A DNA stretch of 64,000 nucleotides from an uncultured Desulfohalobiaceae bacterium. Lineage in GTDB: Bacteria > Desulfobacterota > Desulfovibrionia > Desulfovibrionales > Desulfothermaceae. The notes beneath the pieces are model-generated. The model saw only the letters and a program-made list of their open reading frames with translations, ran no database searches and was not told where the DNA came from. A program made the translations under genes and the position numbers. The DNA lies in NCBI GenBank assembly GCA_964403955.1, contig CAYOID010000006.1:3867-67866 (forward strand), given 5' to 3'. Of the stretch, positions 42,056 to 51,912 are shown in pieces (position 1 is the first letter of the stretch; every line of letters starts with the position of its first letter).

Positions 42056-42521
42056 GTTCATTCAGGGCAAGCTGTCTGATCGGGTCATGGACATTGACGC
42101 AGACAAGCATCGTGGTCTGTTTCCCGGGCCCAGGGATATTCACTTGAACTGCGACTGTCCTGACTGGGCGGTGATGTGCAAACATGTCGCTGCTGTCCTC
42201 TATGGCATTGGCAACAGACTGGACGGTGAGCCTGAACTGCTCTTTCACCTGCGCAGGGTTGATGCCCAGGAACTGATTTCCACTGGGCTTTCAATTCCTC
42301 ATGAAAAAAATGTTTCCCGAGAGGAGGCCCTCAGCGATGATGACCTGGGAGAGCTCTTCGGGATCGATTCAGATCAGGATCTCATTGAGACGGACAGGGA
42401 AGAGAAAAAGGCTGCGGCCCGGAACGGGAAAATGGAGTCGTCGCCAGAGGGCACGACAGCAACAACACAGCAGCAATCAGGGAAAGCCGGGACACCGCAG
42501 GCCCAAGGGAAGAAGACGTGA
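41961..42521 (+). pseudogene. SWIM zinc-finger protein, C-terminal half only
   Basis: The sequence reads ...GSLLEFIQGKLSDRVMDIDADKHRGLFPGPRDIHLNCDCPDWAVMCKHVAAVLYGIGNRLDGEPELLF... It carries the SWIM CxC..CxH motif. It has no proper N-terminus and overlaps the SNF2 remnant. Confidence 0.55.
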
Positions 42522-42672
42522 GGATCAAAGACCGGCAGATCGAGGCTGATGAGCCCATCCAGTCCAGTACCCTTTGTGAGCAGGACTGACCAGCAGACAA
42601 ACCGCCCTGAACCCCGCACCCACGAAGAAGGCCCCGCGATTCATCAAAGAATCGCGGGGCCTTGTCATCAAA

Positions 42673-42759
42673 TGGTGCCGAAGGGGAGATTCGAACTCCC
42701 ACGGGCTATTGCCCACTAGACCCTGAACCTAGCGTGTCTACCAATTCCACCACTTCGGC
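42673..42759 (-). tRNA. tRNA-Leu (CAG)
   Basis: The reverse complement is GCCGAAGTGGTGGAATTGGTAGACACGCTAGGTTCAGGGTCTAGTGGGCAATAGCCCGTGGGAGTTCGAATCTCCCCTTCGGCACCA, 87 nt. It has a long variable arm and anticodon loop UUCAGGG. Confidence 0.95.
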
Positions 42760-42986
42760 GTTAAAAAAAGACATATAGCTGATTTCCTGTTCGTTGGCAA
42801 GAGATGTTGCAGATGTTTTTTGCAAAGAATTCAATCTCTGTTCATAAAGTTTTTCAGTCAGATACAGAAAAACATCGGCCCAGGCCAAATTGATCTGGCT
42901 CATAAAACCTTGCGAGGAGGTCTCTTTTGAGCTAGCAAAGGGTTCCAAGGAAATTCGACGACCGGATTGAGAGGAACTTCTCGGCC

Positions 42987-43970
42987 ATGGGTACATACTG
43001 TTCATTGGATCAACTCAAAAGCTCCATCACCAGGGGGACCTGCTGCACCATCGGCAACTTTGACGGGGTGCATCTGGGTCACCAGACCCTGGTCAGGAGG
43101 ACTCTGGACACGGCAAAAAAAGCTGAACTGCCCAGTGTCGTAGTCACCTTCGACCCCCACCCGTTAAGGATCATCAACGGAGAGACCCCTCCTTTCATCA
43201 CCCTGACAGGGCAGAAGCTCAAGCTCCTGCAGCAACTGGGCATCGATCACATCCTGTGCCTGGAGTTCACGGCTGCAATGGCGGCCATGTCCCCGGAGGA
43301 GTTCGTCCACTCCATACTGGTGGACGGGCTGGCGGTCAAAAAGCTGATTATCGGCCATGATTACGCCTTTGGCAAAGGTCGGGCAGGCAACTACACCCTT
43401 TTGAAGGAGCTTGGCAGCCACTACGGATTCGAAGTTGAAAAAATCGATCCTGTGATTCTGAACGGGGATGTGGTCAGCTCATCCCGGATCAGATCCATGA
43501 TCCAGGCCGGCAAGGTCAGCGAGGTCAGACCCCTCTTGGGCCGATTCTATCAGGTCGGGGGAACGGTCATCCCCGGTAAGAAGAGGGGCGGCCCCCTGCT
43601 TGGCGTCCCCACGGCCAACATCAAACTGGTGGACGAGCTCTTCCCCAAGCCGGGGGTCTATGCCGTCTGGGGCGAACATGAGGGGCTGCTCCACCCTGCG
43701 GTGGCCAATGTCGGGTTCAATCCCACTTTTGGAAACGACGCCCTGTCTGTTGAGGTCCACCTCCTGGACTTCAATAAGGACCTTTACAGCCAGACCCTGC
43801 AGGTCCATTTTGTGCAGCGCTTGCGGGATGAACAGAAATTCTCCGGCGTGGAGGAGCTCCTGGACCAGATCCACAAAGACATCGACCAGGCCAGGACAGC
43901 CCTTTCAGATCCGGTCAACGCCATCACCAACGCTGAGCAGAGGGCCAACAGCGAACAACCCACAGCATGA
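42987..43970 (+). CDS. ribF: bifunctional riboflavin kinase / FAD synthetase
   Basis: ORF track, 327 aa, with CTIGNFDGVHLGHQTL...VVTFDPHP...GRFYQVGGTVIPGKKRG...PTAN. Confidence 0.93.
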   Translation: MGTYCSLDQLKSSITRGTCCTIGNFDGVHLGHQTLVRRTLDTAKKAELPSVVVTFDPHPLRIINGETPPFITLTGQKLKLLQQLGIDHILCLEFTAAMAAMSPEEFVHSILVDGLAVKKLIIGHDYAFGKGRAGNYTLLKELGSHYGFEVEKIDPVILNGDVVSSSRIRSMIQAGKVSEVRPLLGRFYQVGGTVIPGKKRGGPLLGVPTANIKLVDELFPKPGVYAVWGEHEGLLHPAVANVGFNPTFGNDALSVEVHLLDFNKDLYSQTLQVHFVQRLRDEQKFSGVEELLDQIHKDIDQARTALSDPVNAITNAEQRANSEQPTA

Positions 43971-45814
43971 CCATGAGCAACGAAGCACACTCCGTCGCTG
44001 ACGATGAAAAACGTTCTCTGACCACTTCGATCCTCACCGCCATCAAACACACCACCATCGGCAAATGGCTGACCTGCTTCATCCTCATCGGGATCATTGC
44101 CGGGTTGGGCTCTGTTGCTTTCCAGCTCCTCTGCAATGTCGGGACCCACTACCTGCTCGACTTTCTGGCCGGATACCGGCCTGAAGCCCCCGCCGGCGAG
44201 CCGGAAATCTTTCACTTCACGGACACCCCTTTTCGCAGATGGATGCTCCTGATTCTGCCTGCCGCAGGCGGTCTGGTCAGCGGCTGGCTGGTGTACACCT
44301 TTGCCCCGGAAGCCGAAGGCCATGGGACAGACGCCGCCATCAGGGCCTACCACAATCAGGGCGGCTTTATCCGGGCCAGGGTCCCGATCATCAAGACCAT
44401 AGCCTCAGCCATCACCCTGACCTCGGGCGGATCCGGAGGCCGGGAAGGCCCTATCGCCCAGATCGGGGCCGGATTCGGCTCCTTCCTGGGCTCCAAGCTC
44501 AACCTCACGGCCCGCGAACGACGAATCATGATGGCGGCCGGGGTGGGCGCCGGGGTGGGCAGTATCTTCAGGGCCCCCCTGGCCGGGGCCATCTTCGCTG
44601 CCGAGGTCCTGTACCGGGATCCGGAAATCGAGTCTGAAGTGGTCATTCCGGCCGGACTGTCCTCTGTGGTGGCCTACTGCGTTTTCTGCATGGTCTTTGG
44701 CTGGGGGGCCCTGTTCCAGGCTCCGGACTTCAATTTCCACAACCCCCTGGAGCTCGGGCCTTATGCGATTCTGGCCTTTGTCCTGGTCCTGGGCGGTTTT
44801 TTGTACACCAAGTCCTTTTACGGGGTTCACGACCTGTTCAAAAAGATCTCGATCCCCCTGCACCTCAAACCGGCCCTGGGGGGTCTGTTGACCGGGGTCA
44901 TCGGCTTCTTCCTGCCCGAGACACTGTCCTTTGGCTATGGGGTCATCCAGCAGGGCCTGTTCGACGAGCTCGGGGTCATGCTCCTGCTTGGCGTGGCCTT
45001 CGGCAAAATCCTGACCACCTCCTTCACCATCGGCTCCGGCGGCAGCGGCGGGGTCTTCGGGCCATCAGTGGTCATCGGCGGCGCCCTGGGCGGGGCTGTG
45101 GGCAAGATCTTTCAGGCCGTCGTTCCCGGCCTGGTGTCTCCTGGGGCCATGGTCATCGTGGGCATGGCCGGTTTTTTCACCGCAGTCTCCAACACCCCCA
45201 TCTCGACCATCATTTTTGTCAGCGAAATGACCAACTCTTACCACCTTTTGCTCCCGAGCCTGCTGGTCTGCCTGCTCTGCTATCACTTCTCCCAGGGGTT
45301 CACCATCTACGTGGAGCAGGTCAAGAACAAGGCCAACTCCCCGGCCCATGCCGGAGAGTTCTTTGTGAACATCCTGGAATCCTACACTGTGGGGGACATG
45401 TCGGACATGATCCAGCCGGCGCAGACCGTTCCGGAATCCATGACTTTTTGCCAGTTCAAGGACTTTTTCGCCGAATCCAATCAGCACTACTTTCCTGTGG
45501 TCGATTCCCAGAACAGGTTGACCGGCATCTTTTCCAACACCGACTTTCGTGGGGTCCTCTTCTGTCAGGACATTGAAGAGCTGGTCCTGGTCAAGGACAT
45601 CGCCACCCGGGAGATCATCAGCACCACAACGGATGACGACCTGTACTCCCTGATGAACAAGTTCACCACCAAGAACCTGGACTCCATTCCGGTTGTGGAC
45701 GGCCAGGACCCAACCATGCTCAAGGGTATGATCAGGCGCAAGGAAGTGATCGGATTCTACAACCAGAAAATCGAGGAACTGAAGAAATCTCAGGTCTCAG
45801 AATCGGCGTTTTGA
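43967..45814 (+). CDS. ClC-family chloride channel/antiporter with C-terminal CBS pair
   Basis: ORF track, 615 aa, with GSGGREGPIAQIG and GAIFAAEVL motifs and a CBS-like tail. It has an ATGA overlap with ribF. Confidence 0.9.
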   Translation: MTMSNEAHSVADDEKRSLTTSILTAIKHTTIGKWLTCFILIGIIAGLGSVAFQLLCNVGTHYLLDFLAGYRPEAPAGEPEIFHFTDTPFRRWMLLILPAAGGLVSGWLVYTFAPEAEGHGTDAAIRAYHNQGGFIRARVPIIKTIASAITLTSGGSGGREGPIAQIGAGFGSFLGSKLNLTARERRIMMAAGVGAGVGSIFRAPLAGAIFAAEVLYRDPEIESEVVIPAGLSSVVAYCVFCMVFGWGALFQAPDFNFHNPLELGPYAILAFVLVLGGFLYTKSFYGVHDLFKKISIPLHLKPALGGLLTGVIGFFLPETLSFGYGVIQQGLFDELGVMLLLGVAFGKILTTSFTIGSGGSGGVFGPSVVIGGALGGAVGKIFQAVVPGLVSPGAMVIVGMAGFFTAVSNTPISTIIFVSEMTNSYHLLLPSLLVCLLCYHFSQGFTIYVEQVKNKANSPAHAGEFFVNILESYTVGDMSDMIQPAQTVPESMTFCQFKDFFAESNQHYFPVVDSQNRLTGIFSNTDFRGVLFCQDIEELVLVKDIATREIISTTTDDDLYSLMNKFTTKNLDSIPVVDGQDPTMLKGMIRRKEVIGFYNQKIEELKKSQVSESAF

Positions 45815-45824
45815 GCTTTTGAAA

Positions 45825-46100
45825 GCTCGTATGAAACTTACTATACCTTCTTGAGATTGCTTCGTCGAGTTCCCTCGCTCTGCTCGGGACAGGCCTCGCA
45901 ATGACGGCTAGGGCCTCAGCTACGGAGAATATCCTTGGCTCGTCATTGCGAACGTAGTGAAGCAATCTCTCAGAGTACGTGACAGAGTTTCTTCCTTGAT
46001 CAAACTGGCCAAGTTGAGTGTCATCTCGCGACAAGTCGGAGAGCTTTTCTTCCCTCAACCATCCACCCTCGACCTGTCAGCCCAGCCAAAGGCGGGGCTG
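45825..46100 (-). repeat. modular intergenic repeat, long form (C-insert-D-P-H as read on the plus strand)
   Basis: Modules: C(rc) 45825-45839, a ~145-nt insert with nested inverted repeats (TCGCAATGACG/CGTCATTGCGA), D(rc) 45986-46010, P 46050-46077, H 46078-46100. Confidence 0.8.
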
Positions 46101-46114
46101 ACCTCTATCTTTCT

Positions 46115-47419
46115 TCACCCCCTGTCGGTCCACAGGCCCCTGGTCCCCTTGACCGACAGCCAGCCCAGAGGGATATCCCGCCAGAACAAGGGGATGAGCT
46201 TGCCCTTGAAGCGCACCTGCAGACTTTGGCCCTGAACCAGCCTGTGCAGCGAGGTGATGTCCTCCAAGTTGAGCTCTGCCTGTTGCCCCGGGGCAGGCAC
46301 AAGATGCCTCGTCCTCTGGGACAGGAAAAACCTGCCTTTTTTTATTCGGCCCAGGGGGAATCCAGTCACGGTCAGAGCGGAAAAAGACTGTGTCCCGAGC
46401 ATGGCTGGAACGAAAAAGACCTCATCCTGATGCAGCTCCAGACTGCCTGGCGGCAGGTTCTCCCAGCACACAGGAGAGGCCCGCAGGATGGCTTCATGTC
46501 CCTCAAGCCCGGCTCCAAGGCTCTTTTCCAGGATGAACTCCCGCTGGTCCGTTTGGGGCATCCGGGGACCGGCCGGCAAGCCCGGCCGGCCCAGACATCC
46601 AATGAAAAAGGATTGCCCGCCGGACCGGGGCCCGTCAACCCGAAAACACCCGGCCGCCCCCTGCCGCTGCAAAGGCTGGGTGACAATCCCTCCCGGCACG
46701 GCCAGGGGTTCGATCTCCAGACCGAACGTGTCCGCGGCCCAGGCAATCTGATCTTCGTTTTCCCTGACGTTGGTGGTGCAGGTGGAGTAGATCAGGCGGC
46801 TCCCTGGCTGAAGCAGGCAGGCGGCCCGACCGAGAATCTTTTGCTGGAGCTCGATCAAAGGACCGATCCGCTCATCTGTCCACATGCTCCTGACCTTGGG
46901 GTGCCGGTCCACCGTACCCCAGCCACTGCACGGGACATCGCACAGGATGTGTACAGGCCCGTCCAGCTGAGGAAAATCCTGGCCAGGGTACCGAGTGCTG
47001 CCCACATTGAAAAGATTTTGAAGCTGCAGGTTTTTCCGCAGGGTCTGCAGGCGGATCCTGTTCGGCTCATTGGCCAGGATTCCCCCATACGGCCCGACCA
47101 TATGGGACAGCACGCCGGTCTTGCTTCCCGGGCTGGCGCACATGTCCAGGACCACCCCTCCAGGTTCGGGATTCAGACACAGGGCAGGCAGGAAGGATGA
47201 TTTGTCCTGAATGTAGATCAAGCCGAAAAAAGCAGCCAGAGAGCTGCCCAAAGGTTTGGGGCCATGCTCGAGAACCCGGGCGTACCTGGACAATGGCACC
47301 CCGGAACTGGCAAAGCCCTCGGCTTTGAGCAGGAGATCCACTGCAGGGATCTCCGCAGGCCGGCAGTTGAGGCGAAAAAACCTGCCGGATGACTTCCAGG
47401 CCTGGTCAGAGTGTGCCAT
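46115..47419 (-). CDS. RsmB/RsmF (NOL1/NOP2/Sun) family RNA m5C methyltransferase
   Basis: It carries DMCASPGSKT and DVPCSGWGT motifs. Start is set at ATG 47419, because the TTG at 47449 lies inside a repeat hairpin. Confidence 0.85.
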   Translation of the reverse strand: MAHSDQAWKSSGRFFRLNCRPAEIPAVDLLLKAEGFASSGVPLSRYARVLEHGPKPLGSSLAAFFGLIYIQDKSSFLPALCLNPEPGGVVLDMCASPGSKTGVLSHMVGPYGGILANEPNRIRLQTLRKNLQLQNLFNVGSTRYPGQDFPQLDGPVHILCDVPCSGWGTVDRHPKVRSMWTDERIGPLIELQQKILGRAACLLQPGSRLIYSTCTTNVRENEDQIAWAADTFGLEIEPLAVPGGIVTQPLQRQGAAGCFRVDGPRSGGQSFFIGCLGRPGLPAGPRMPQTDQREFILEKSLGAGLEGHEAILRASPVCWENLPPGSLELHQDEVFFVPAMLGTQSFSALTVTGFPLGRIKKGRFFLSQRTRHLVPAPGQQAELNLEDITSLHRLVQGQSLQVRFKGKLIPLFWRDIPLGWLSVKGTRGLWTDRG

Positions 47420-47430
47420 TGCATTTCCAG

Positions 47431-47541
47431 TCAGCTTTGCCTCTGGCAAAGCTGAACATTTTGGTTTTGGACTGAAGAAGGAACCATTTGAAGCCGAAGA
47501 GAAGCGGTCTGGCCCTTCACAACAGGTGAGTTCATACGAGC
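47431..47541 (+). repeat. modular intergenic repeat, H ... C form
   Basis: Modules: H = CAGCTTTGCCTCTGGCAAAGCTG (47431-47453) and a C-like GAGTTCATACGAGC (47528-47541). Confidence 0.7.
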
Positions 47542-47560
47542 GTGTTGAACACGGACACGC

Positions 47561-48685
47561 TCAGTCTCCAGCCCTGCTTATGCCCAGGACATGAGTCAGG
47601 GCGTAGAGTGGAATCCTGCCCATAGCCCGTCTGTAGGACAGCCGGGCCGAGAGAATCCGCATCAGGTCCTGGAACACGAGCGTGTTCTTGACCAGCCACT
47701 TGAAGCAGACGCTCTGATGGGCATAAAAGAGACGGGCCAACCGATTGGCCCAGACCAGATCCCGGCCCAATGCCCTGGCAATCCGTTCCGAATAGAACTG
47801 CCCCTGACCGCTGCCGATGGCTTCTGCGGCAATCCGCCCGCTTTCCAGGGCATGCCTGATCCCTTCCCCTGTCAAGGGATCCACCAGGCCGGCGGCATCG
47901 CCGACCAGAAAGACCCTTTGCGAATGGACTGGCTTGTTGTGGTCATAGACCGGCAGGGGATACCCATAGGGCTTGCGCTGCCCCAGTCGAATCCCATGCC
48001 GGGATATGGATGTTGCAAAAATGCCAGGCAGAGAGTTGACTCCCCGCTTCATGGTCCCAATGCCCACAGAGAGATGTCTGGACTTGGGAAAGACCCAATA
48101 GTAGCCATTGTCCAGCATGCCCAGTCCTACCAGGATGCGATTTTGAAAACTGTTCTGGACCTGAGCCTCGACTTCCACCTCTGACTCCAGAGCCACACCG
48201 TGCCTGCGCCCGTTGAGCAGCCCCAATGACCGTCCGGTTCTGGAATTGGCCCCATCCGCCCCGATCACATACCTGGCCCGCATGGTCTGTCCGCTGCTCA
48301 GGGTGACTGTCGCCCCGCTCTGGTCCTGGGCCACGGATCTGACCTCGCATCTGTCCTCCACATCTGCACCGGAACGCTCCACCAGAAAAGCGTCAAACCG
48401 GTCCCGCATGACCATGGACAAAGTCCCTGACGGCAGGCGATGGGTGACTGACTGGTCCTGGTAGACAAAAGTGGCTCGAGTCACTTCCTGCTCCACAACC
48501 GAATGGCAGGAAAAGGGGAACATGGCAAAGCAGGTGCCGGCCACGCCCCCTGCGCAGACCTTGTACCTGGGCAGGGCCATCTTTTCCACGATGCGCACGG
48601 CACATCCGGCCTGACGAAGAAAGAAGGCGGCAGATGCTCCGCCCGGTCCGGCTCCGACTACAATCACATCGGCATCAAAGCCCAT
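47561..48685 (-). CDS. geranylgeranyl-reductase-family FAD-dependent oxidoreductase
   Basis: Internal start MGFDADVIVVGAGPGGASAAFFLRQAG (dinucleotide-binding GxGxxG), with ...VFLVGDAAGLVDPLTGEGI... Confidence 0.85.
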   Translation of the reverse strand: MGFDADVIVVGAGPGGASAAFFLRQAGCAVRIVEKMALPRYKVCAGGVAGTCFAMFPFSCHSVVEQEVTRATFVYQDQSVTHRLPSGTLSMVMRDRFDAFLVERSGADVEDRCEVRSVAQDQSGATVTLSSGQTMRARYVIGADGANSRTGRSLGLLNGRRHGVALESEVEVEAQVQNSFQNRILVGLGMLDNGYYWVFPKSRHLSVGIGTMKRGVNSLPGIFATSISRHGIRLGQRKPYGYPLPVYDHNKPVHSQRVFLVGDAAGLVDPLTGEGIRHALESGRIAAEAIGSGQGQFYSERIARALGRDLVWANRLARLFYAHQSVCFKWLVKNTLVFQDLMRILSARLSYRRAMGRIPLYALTHVLGISRAGD

Positions 48686-48942
48686 TGAACACTCCCATTT
48701 GACAGGACCCGCTGGAACAGGGAACATGGGTTCAGCTGTCTCGGGCAAGCTCGAAAGGGAGACTGGCAATGGAAAGATCCTGAAGCTTCACCCTGGTGCG
48801 GCTGACCGTAGCCTCTGAAGTATTTCCGGAGCAGGACTTTGTCAACCAGTTCACGGACACCATCCTCCCGGGATCATTCAAGGTCGATCAAGACCCAAGG
48901 GGTCGTTGCCAGACGATAAAAAAACCTGCTGAACATGAGACC

Positions 48943-49830
48943 ATGATCGACTTGAACCGGATACGCACCCTGCCGCTCTGCCTGCAAAAACGGATCACCG
49001 TCCTGAATGACGTGCTGGTCAAGCTCCAGCCCGGGATCATTGCCGTTTCAGGCGGACTGGATTCCCGTTTGCTGGCCGCCTTGGCCAAAGCATGGGAGTT
49101 GGACTATCGGGCCGCTTTCCTGTCCGGCCCGCACCTCACCCCCCAGGAAGCAGCTCAAGGCAGGCTCTGCCTGGACCGACTGGGTCTGCCCGGCCGGGCT
49201 GGAACCTTTTCTCCCCTGGAGAACGAGCAGGCAGCCCGGAATTCAGTTCAGCGCTGTTATTTTTGCAAAAAAGCCATGATCACCCGCATCAGGACCCTTT
49301 TTGAACAGTCGGACAGCTTGAGCCTCCTTGAAGGGAGCCATGCTTCGGATCAAGAGTCCTATCGGCCTGGAGCCCTGGCTCTGCAAGAGGGGGGGGTACG
49401 CAGCCCTCTGGCCCAGGCCGGGCTGGACAAGTCCGACCTGCGGACCTGCGCACACGGCCTTGGCCTGGCTGACCCTGAGCAGCCCTCCAGGGCCTGCCTG
49501 ATGACCAGGTTCGCTTATGGAATCTCTCCTGATGAATCCCAGCTGACAGCCCTGGGCCTGGCTGAAGACGAACTCAAGGGTCTCGGGCTGCGGCACTTCA
49601 GAATCCGCATAGGAGCGGACAGCCAGACCTGGCTCCAGGTGGATCAGAGCGATGCCGGTAATGCGGAGCATCTCCAGGAAAAGATCCAGGCCAGTCTGGC
49701 CCGCTCCGGCTTTGGCCAGGCTGAACTGCTGATCTGCAACGGCATCAGCGGTTTTTTTGATCAGCCGGGCTGCGGTCGGCAACGTGAACCTGCGAAGGGG
49801 AAAAGAATGTTCTTTCCTTTCTTGACGTGA
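48943..49830 (+). CDS. LarE-like PP-loop ATP pyrophosphatase (sulfur transferase family)
   Basis: Internal start MIDLNRIRT... It has the PP-loop AVSGGLDSRLLA and a Cys motif SRACLMTRFAYG resembling the LarE catalytic-Cys region. Confidence 0.7.
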   Translation: MIDLNRIRTLPLCLQKRITVLNDVLVKLQPGIIAVSGGLDSRLLAALAKAWELDYRAAFLSGPHLTPQEAAQGRLCLDRLGLPGRAGTFSPLENEQAARNSVQRCYFCKKAMITRIRTLFEQSDSLSLLEGSHASDQESYRPGALALQEGGVRSPLAQAGLDKSDLRTCAHGLGLADPEQPSRACLMTRFAYGISPDESQLTALGLAEDELKGLGLRHFRIRIGADSQTWLQVDQSDAGNAEHLQEKIQASLARSGFGQAELLICNGISGFFDQPGCGRQREPAKGKRMFFPFLT

Positions 49831-49887
49831 GTGCTAAAATTCAACTGCTTTCTGCCTACATGTGCAACATGACCAGGGACAGCGATC

Positions 49888-51021
49888 ATGGCCACAAAGA
49901 AAACCACCAGCCCAGTCTACTTCTGGAACCTACGGGCATCCTCCAAAGCTCCATACGAGCTCAGGATCAGAAAGCTGCTCAAACAGAGCAGAGTGGCTTC
50001 GCTTCTCAATCCAGGCGATCTTGTCGCTGTGAAGACTCATTTCGGGGAGAAAGGGACCACCGCCTTTGTCTCTGCCCTGCAGATCAAACCCATTGTCGAT
50101 TTTCTGCGCAAGAGCGGCGTCAAAACCTTCTTGACCGACACGAACACGCTCTATATTGGCCGCAGGGGTGAGTCAGTCTCCCACGCTCTCCAGGCAGCAG
50201 AACACGGCTTCGACCCGATGATCACCGGGGCCCCGGTGATCATCGCCGACGGGCTCAAGAGCTCCAATCAAATTTCAGTTCCTGGCCCGGGGAAGCACTT
50301 TGAGCACGCCTACCTGGCCGGGGACATCCTGGACGCCGACTTCATGATCTCCATCACCCATTTTAAGGGCCACGAATTGACCGGGTATGGCGGGACCCTG
50401 AAGAATCTGGGCATGGGATGCGCCACCAGGCAGGGTAAGATGCAGCAGCACTGCTGTCTCGGCCCCAGGCTCAACCCAAAGAAGTGCATTCAGTGCGGTG
50501 ATTGCGTGGAAGTCTGTAGCCCTGGGGCCCTTTCTGTGACTGAAGACGGCTCCCTGGCCCTGGACCAGGAGGCCTGCATCGGTTGCGCCGCCTGTCTGCT
50601 GACGTGCCGGCATGGGGGCCTGACCGTTGACTGGGATGTCGATCTCCGCCAGTTCGTGGAGAGGATGGTCGAATACGCCGGGGCCCTGCTGTCCTGCTTT
50701 GCCCAGCCCCTCCTGCACCTCGCCTTTGTCCAAGACATCACTCCTGGCTGCGACTGCATCGGATTCAGTGATGCCCCGATATGCCCTGACCAGGGCGTGC
50801 TGGCTTCCTATGACCCTGTGGCCCTGGACAGCGCCTGCCTGGACCTGGTCAATCAGGCCCCCTGCCTTGCCCAAAGCCCCCTTCCTCCAGAATGCCGGCC
50901 CGGTATGGACAAGTTCAAGGCCCTTCATCCCCAGAGCCAGCCAGAGCACGGTCTGGAGTATGCTGAAGGTCTGGGCCTTGGCACGCGAAGCTATCAGCTC
51001 ATTCACACCGCTGACGGCTGA
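49888..51021 (+). CDS. DUF362-domain protein with 2x[4Fe-4S] ferredoxin insert
   Basis: ORF track, 377 aa, with CIQCGDCVEVCSPGAL and CIGCAACLLTCRHG. Confidence 0.8.
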   Translation: MATKKTTSPVYFWNLRASSKAPYELRIRKLLKQSRVASLLNPGDLVAVKTHFGEKGTTAFVSALQIKPIVDFLRKSGVKTFLTDTNTLYIGRRGESVSHALQAAEHGFDPMITGAPVIIADGLKSSNQISVPGPGKHFEHAYLAGDILDADFMISITHFKGHELTGYGGTLKNLGMGCATRQGKMQQHCCLGPRLNPKKCIQCGDCVEVCSPGALSVTEDGSLALDQEACIGCAACLLTCRHGGLTVDWDVDLRQFVERMVEYAGALLSCFAQPLLHLAFVQDITPGCDCIGFSDAPICPDQGVLASYDPVALDSACLDLVNQAPCLAQSPLPPECRPGMDKFKALHPQSQPEHGLEYAEGLGLGTRSYQLIHTADG

Positions 51022-51163
51022 TGGCAGAGAGCCGCGAACACTCTGTCATCTGCGGGCTGATCGAAGATGCGGCTGCCAAAATTAACCCTGGACAACCTGA
51101 TCCGATCCTGATAGTGTATTCTTTTAATTTTATCGAATTTCTTTTGAGGAGGAGCACGTTTCT

Positions 51164-51274
51164 ATGTCCCGTCACAAAAAAATTGAGCGGAAAAAAGAAC
51201 TTGACCGCAGACGCCAACGGCGCAAAAAGAGATTGAAGCAGCGAATCAAAGAGGCCAAGTCCGAATCCAAATAA
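51164..51274 (+). CDS. small basic 36-aa protein (below the ORF-track cutoff)
   Basis: GAGGAGGA RBS lies 9 nt before the ATG. The product is MSRHKKIERKKELDRRRQRRKKRLKQRIKEAKSESK, followed by TAA and a hairpin. Confidence 0.45.
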   Translation: MSRHKKIERKKELDRRRQRRKKRLKQRIKEAKSESK

Positions 51275-51276
51275 GT

Positions 51277-51305
51277 TTCAGACCTGCCTCGAAGCAGGTC
51301 TGAAA
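51277..51305 (+). terminator. hairpin after the small basic ORF
   Basis: TTCAGACCTGC-CTCGAA-GCAGGTCTGAA, with a U-rich stretch only about 15 nt downstream. Confidence 0.45.
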
Positions 51306-51484
51306 TGTAATGTGTTCATTTTTATAAAAAAGATGATCTCATCCCTCGATAACTCAGGTGCGAAACGGCGACTCTTGACTTTTCGCAATTGCTGATTATT
51401 GAATGAACCGAGCATGTTGCACCCGCTAATGGTTGCGGATGAGCATCGGCAGGATCTTACCGGATTTGCAAGGAGGATGGACTC

Positions 51485-51808
51485 ATGCCTATCTACGAAT
51501 ACAGATGCGACGACTGCCAGCATCTCTTTGAGGAATGGCAGAAAGACTTCACTGAAAGGGAGTTGACCTGCCCAGTATGCGGTGGCAAAGCCAAAAGGAT
51601 GATCTCCAACACAGCGTTCATCTTGAAAGGCTCAGGCTGGTATGTGACCGACTATGCGGGCAAGAACGCATCTGGAGGAAATGGAGATAACGGCAACGGC
51701 AGCAAGGACTCCAACTCCAAGGAGGCGGGGTCGACCGAATCCCAAAGCGCACAACCGGCTTCTGCCAAGGAGTCGAAGACATCAGATAGTTCAAGCACCT
51801 CATCCTGA
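51485..51808 (+). CDS. FmdB-family zinc-ribbon protein
   Basis: The product starts [34 protein letters not shown] and has a Ser/Gly/Asn-rich tail. Confidence 0.88.
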   Translation: MPIYEYRCDDCQHLFEEWQKDFTERELTCPVCGGKAKRMISNTAFILKGSGWYVTDYAGKNASGGNGDNGNGSKDSNSKEAGSTESQSAQPASAKESKTSDSSSTSS

Positions 51809-51864
51809 GGTCTTTTTCGCACGCAGCTTCTTCTCAGCCCGAGACCTCACTCACCTCTTCAATC

Positions 51865-51903
51865 AAAAAACAATGCGTCAGACAGTCTGACGCATTGTTT
51901 TTT
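51865..51903 (+). terminator. intrinsic (bidirectional-looking) terminator
   Basis: AAAAAACAATGCGTCAGAC-AGT-CTGACGCATTGTTTTTT, immediately before the purB RBS. Confidence 0.8.
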
Positions 51904-51912
51904 GGAGGGATG

